The translations under genes and the position numbers were made by a program. A stretch of 32,000 bases of DNA from Faecalibaculum rodentium (GTDB taxonomy: Bacteria; Bacillota_I; Bacilli_A; Erysipelotrichales; Erysipelotrichaceae). Where the stretch lies: assembly GCF_001564455.1 (NCBI RefSeq), contig NZ_CP011391.1:2510487-2542486 (forward strand), given 5' to 3'. Shown in pieces: positions 31,964-32,000 of this stretch. The notes beneath the pieces were generated by a model that had not been told where the DNA came from, did not search any database, and saw only the letters and a list, made by a program, of their open reading frames with translations. Position 1 is the stretch's first letter, and the number at the start of each line of letters is the position of its first letter.

Positions 31964-32000
31964 GAATAGGAAACGCAAACCGCTGGAAAGGAACAAATGC

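Noticed and set aside
31997-32000. The dnaA start codon, considered as a separate CDS feature.
   Set aside because: - Only 4 nt lie inside the window.
- Synteny makes dnaA likely, but the sequence cannot confirm it.
- It is mentioned only as context for the oriC and promoter calls.

Overview
This window looks like the origin-proximal left flank of a Bacillota (Firmicutes) chromosome of moderately high GC, roughly 50-58% judged by eye. An RpoE delta subunit together with a wall-teichoic-acid locus suggests a Bacilli/Erysipelotrichia-like lineage. I could not determine the species.

Gene order, left to right:
- comFA-like helicase 5' end (-)
- cell-wall amidase (+)
- aminotransferase (-)
- rpmE (-)
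- structured leader, MscS-family channel and a small HD-like protein (+)
- glmS with its ribozyme and promoter (-)
- GntR/HutC regulator (-)
- rsmG-soj-spo0J (-)
- DUF4230-like protein and an unknown secreted protein (+)
- an 8-gene glycerol-phosphate teichoic-acid operon: tagG, tagH, GDPD, tagD, TagF-GT4 fusion, acyltransferase, TagF-like, TagB-like (-)
- rpoE, argS, DUF1934 (-)
- HD dNTPase-like, NUDIX, S4/RqcP-like, mfd, pth (-)
- jag, yidC, rnpA, rpmH (-)
- a DnaA-box cluster (oriC), with a likely dnaA ATG at 31997 at the right edge

About 27 of 32 CDS are on the minus strand, pointing away from the origin at the right end. That is the orientation expected for the left replichore.

I found no tRNA, rRNA, CRISPR array, transposase or integrase.

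The leads most worth following:
1. An unassigned ~150-nt structured leader with mutually exclusive helices upstream of the overlapping mscS / HD-like gene pair. It carries sub-motifs that resemble the c-di-AMP (ydaO/kimA) riboswitch.
2. An origin built from a C-rich DnaA-box variant, TT[T/A]TCCCC, with no canonical box.
3. The teichoic-acid operon itself: five consecutive ATGA overlaps, a TagF-GT4 fusion and an embedded membrane-anchored GDPD.
4. A GTGA-coupled DUF4230-like / unknown secreted protein pair.
5. A direct-repeat-flanked structured spacer between convergent genes at 4489-4719.

All functional calls come from reading translated motifs and from recalled family signatures. No database search was run.
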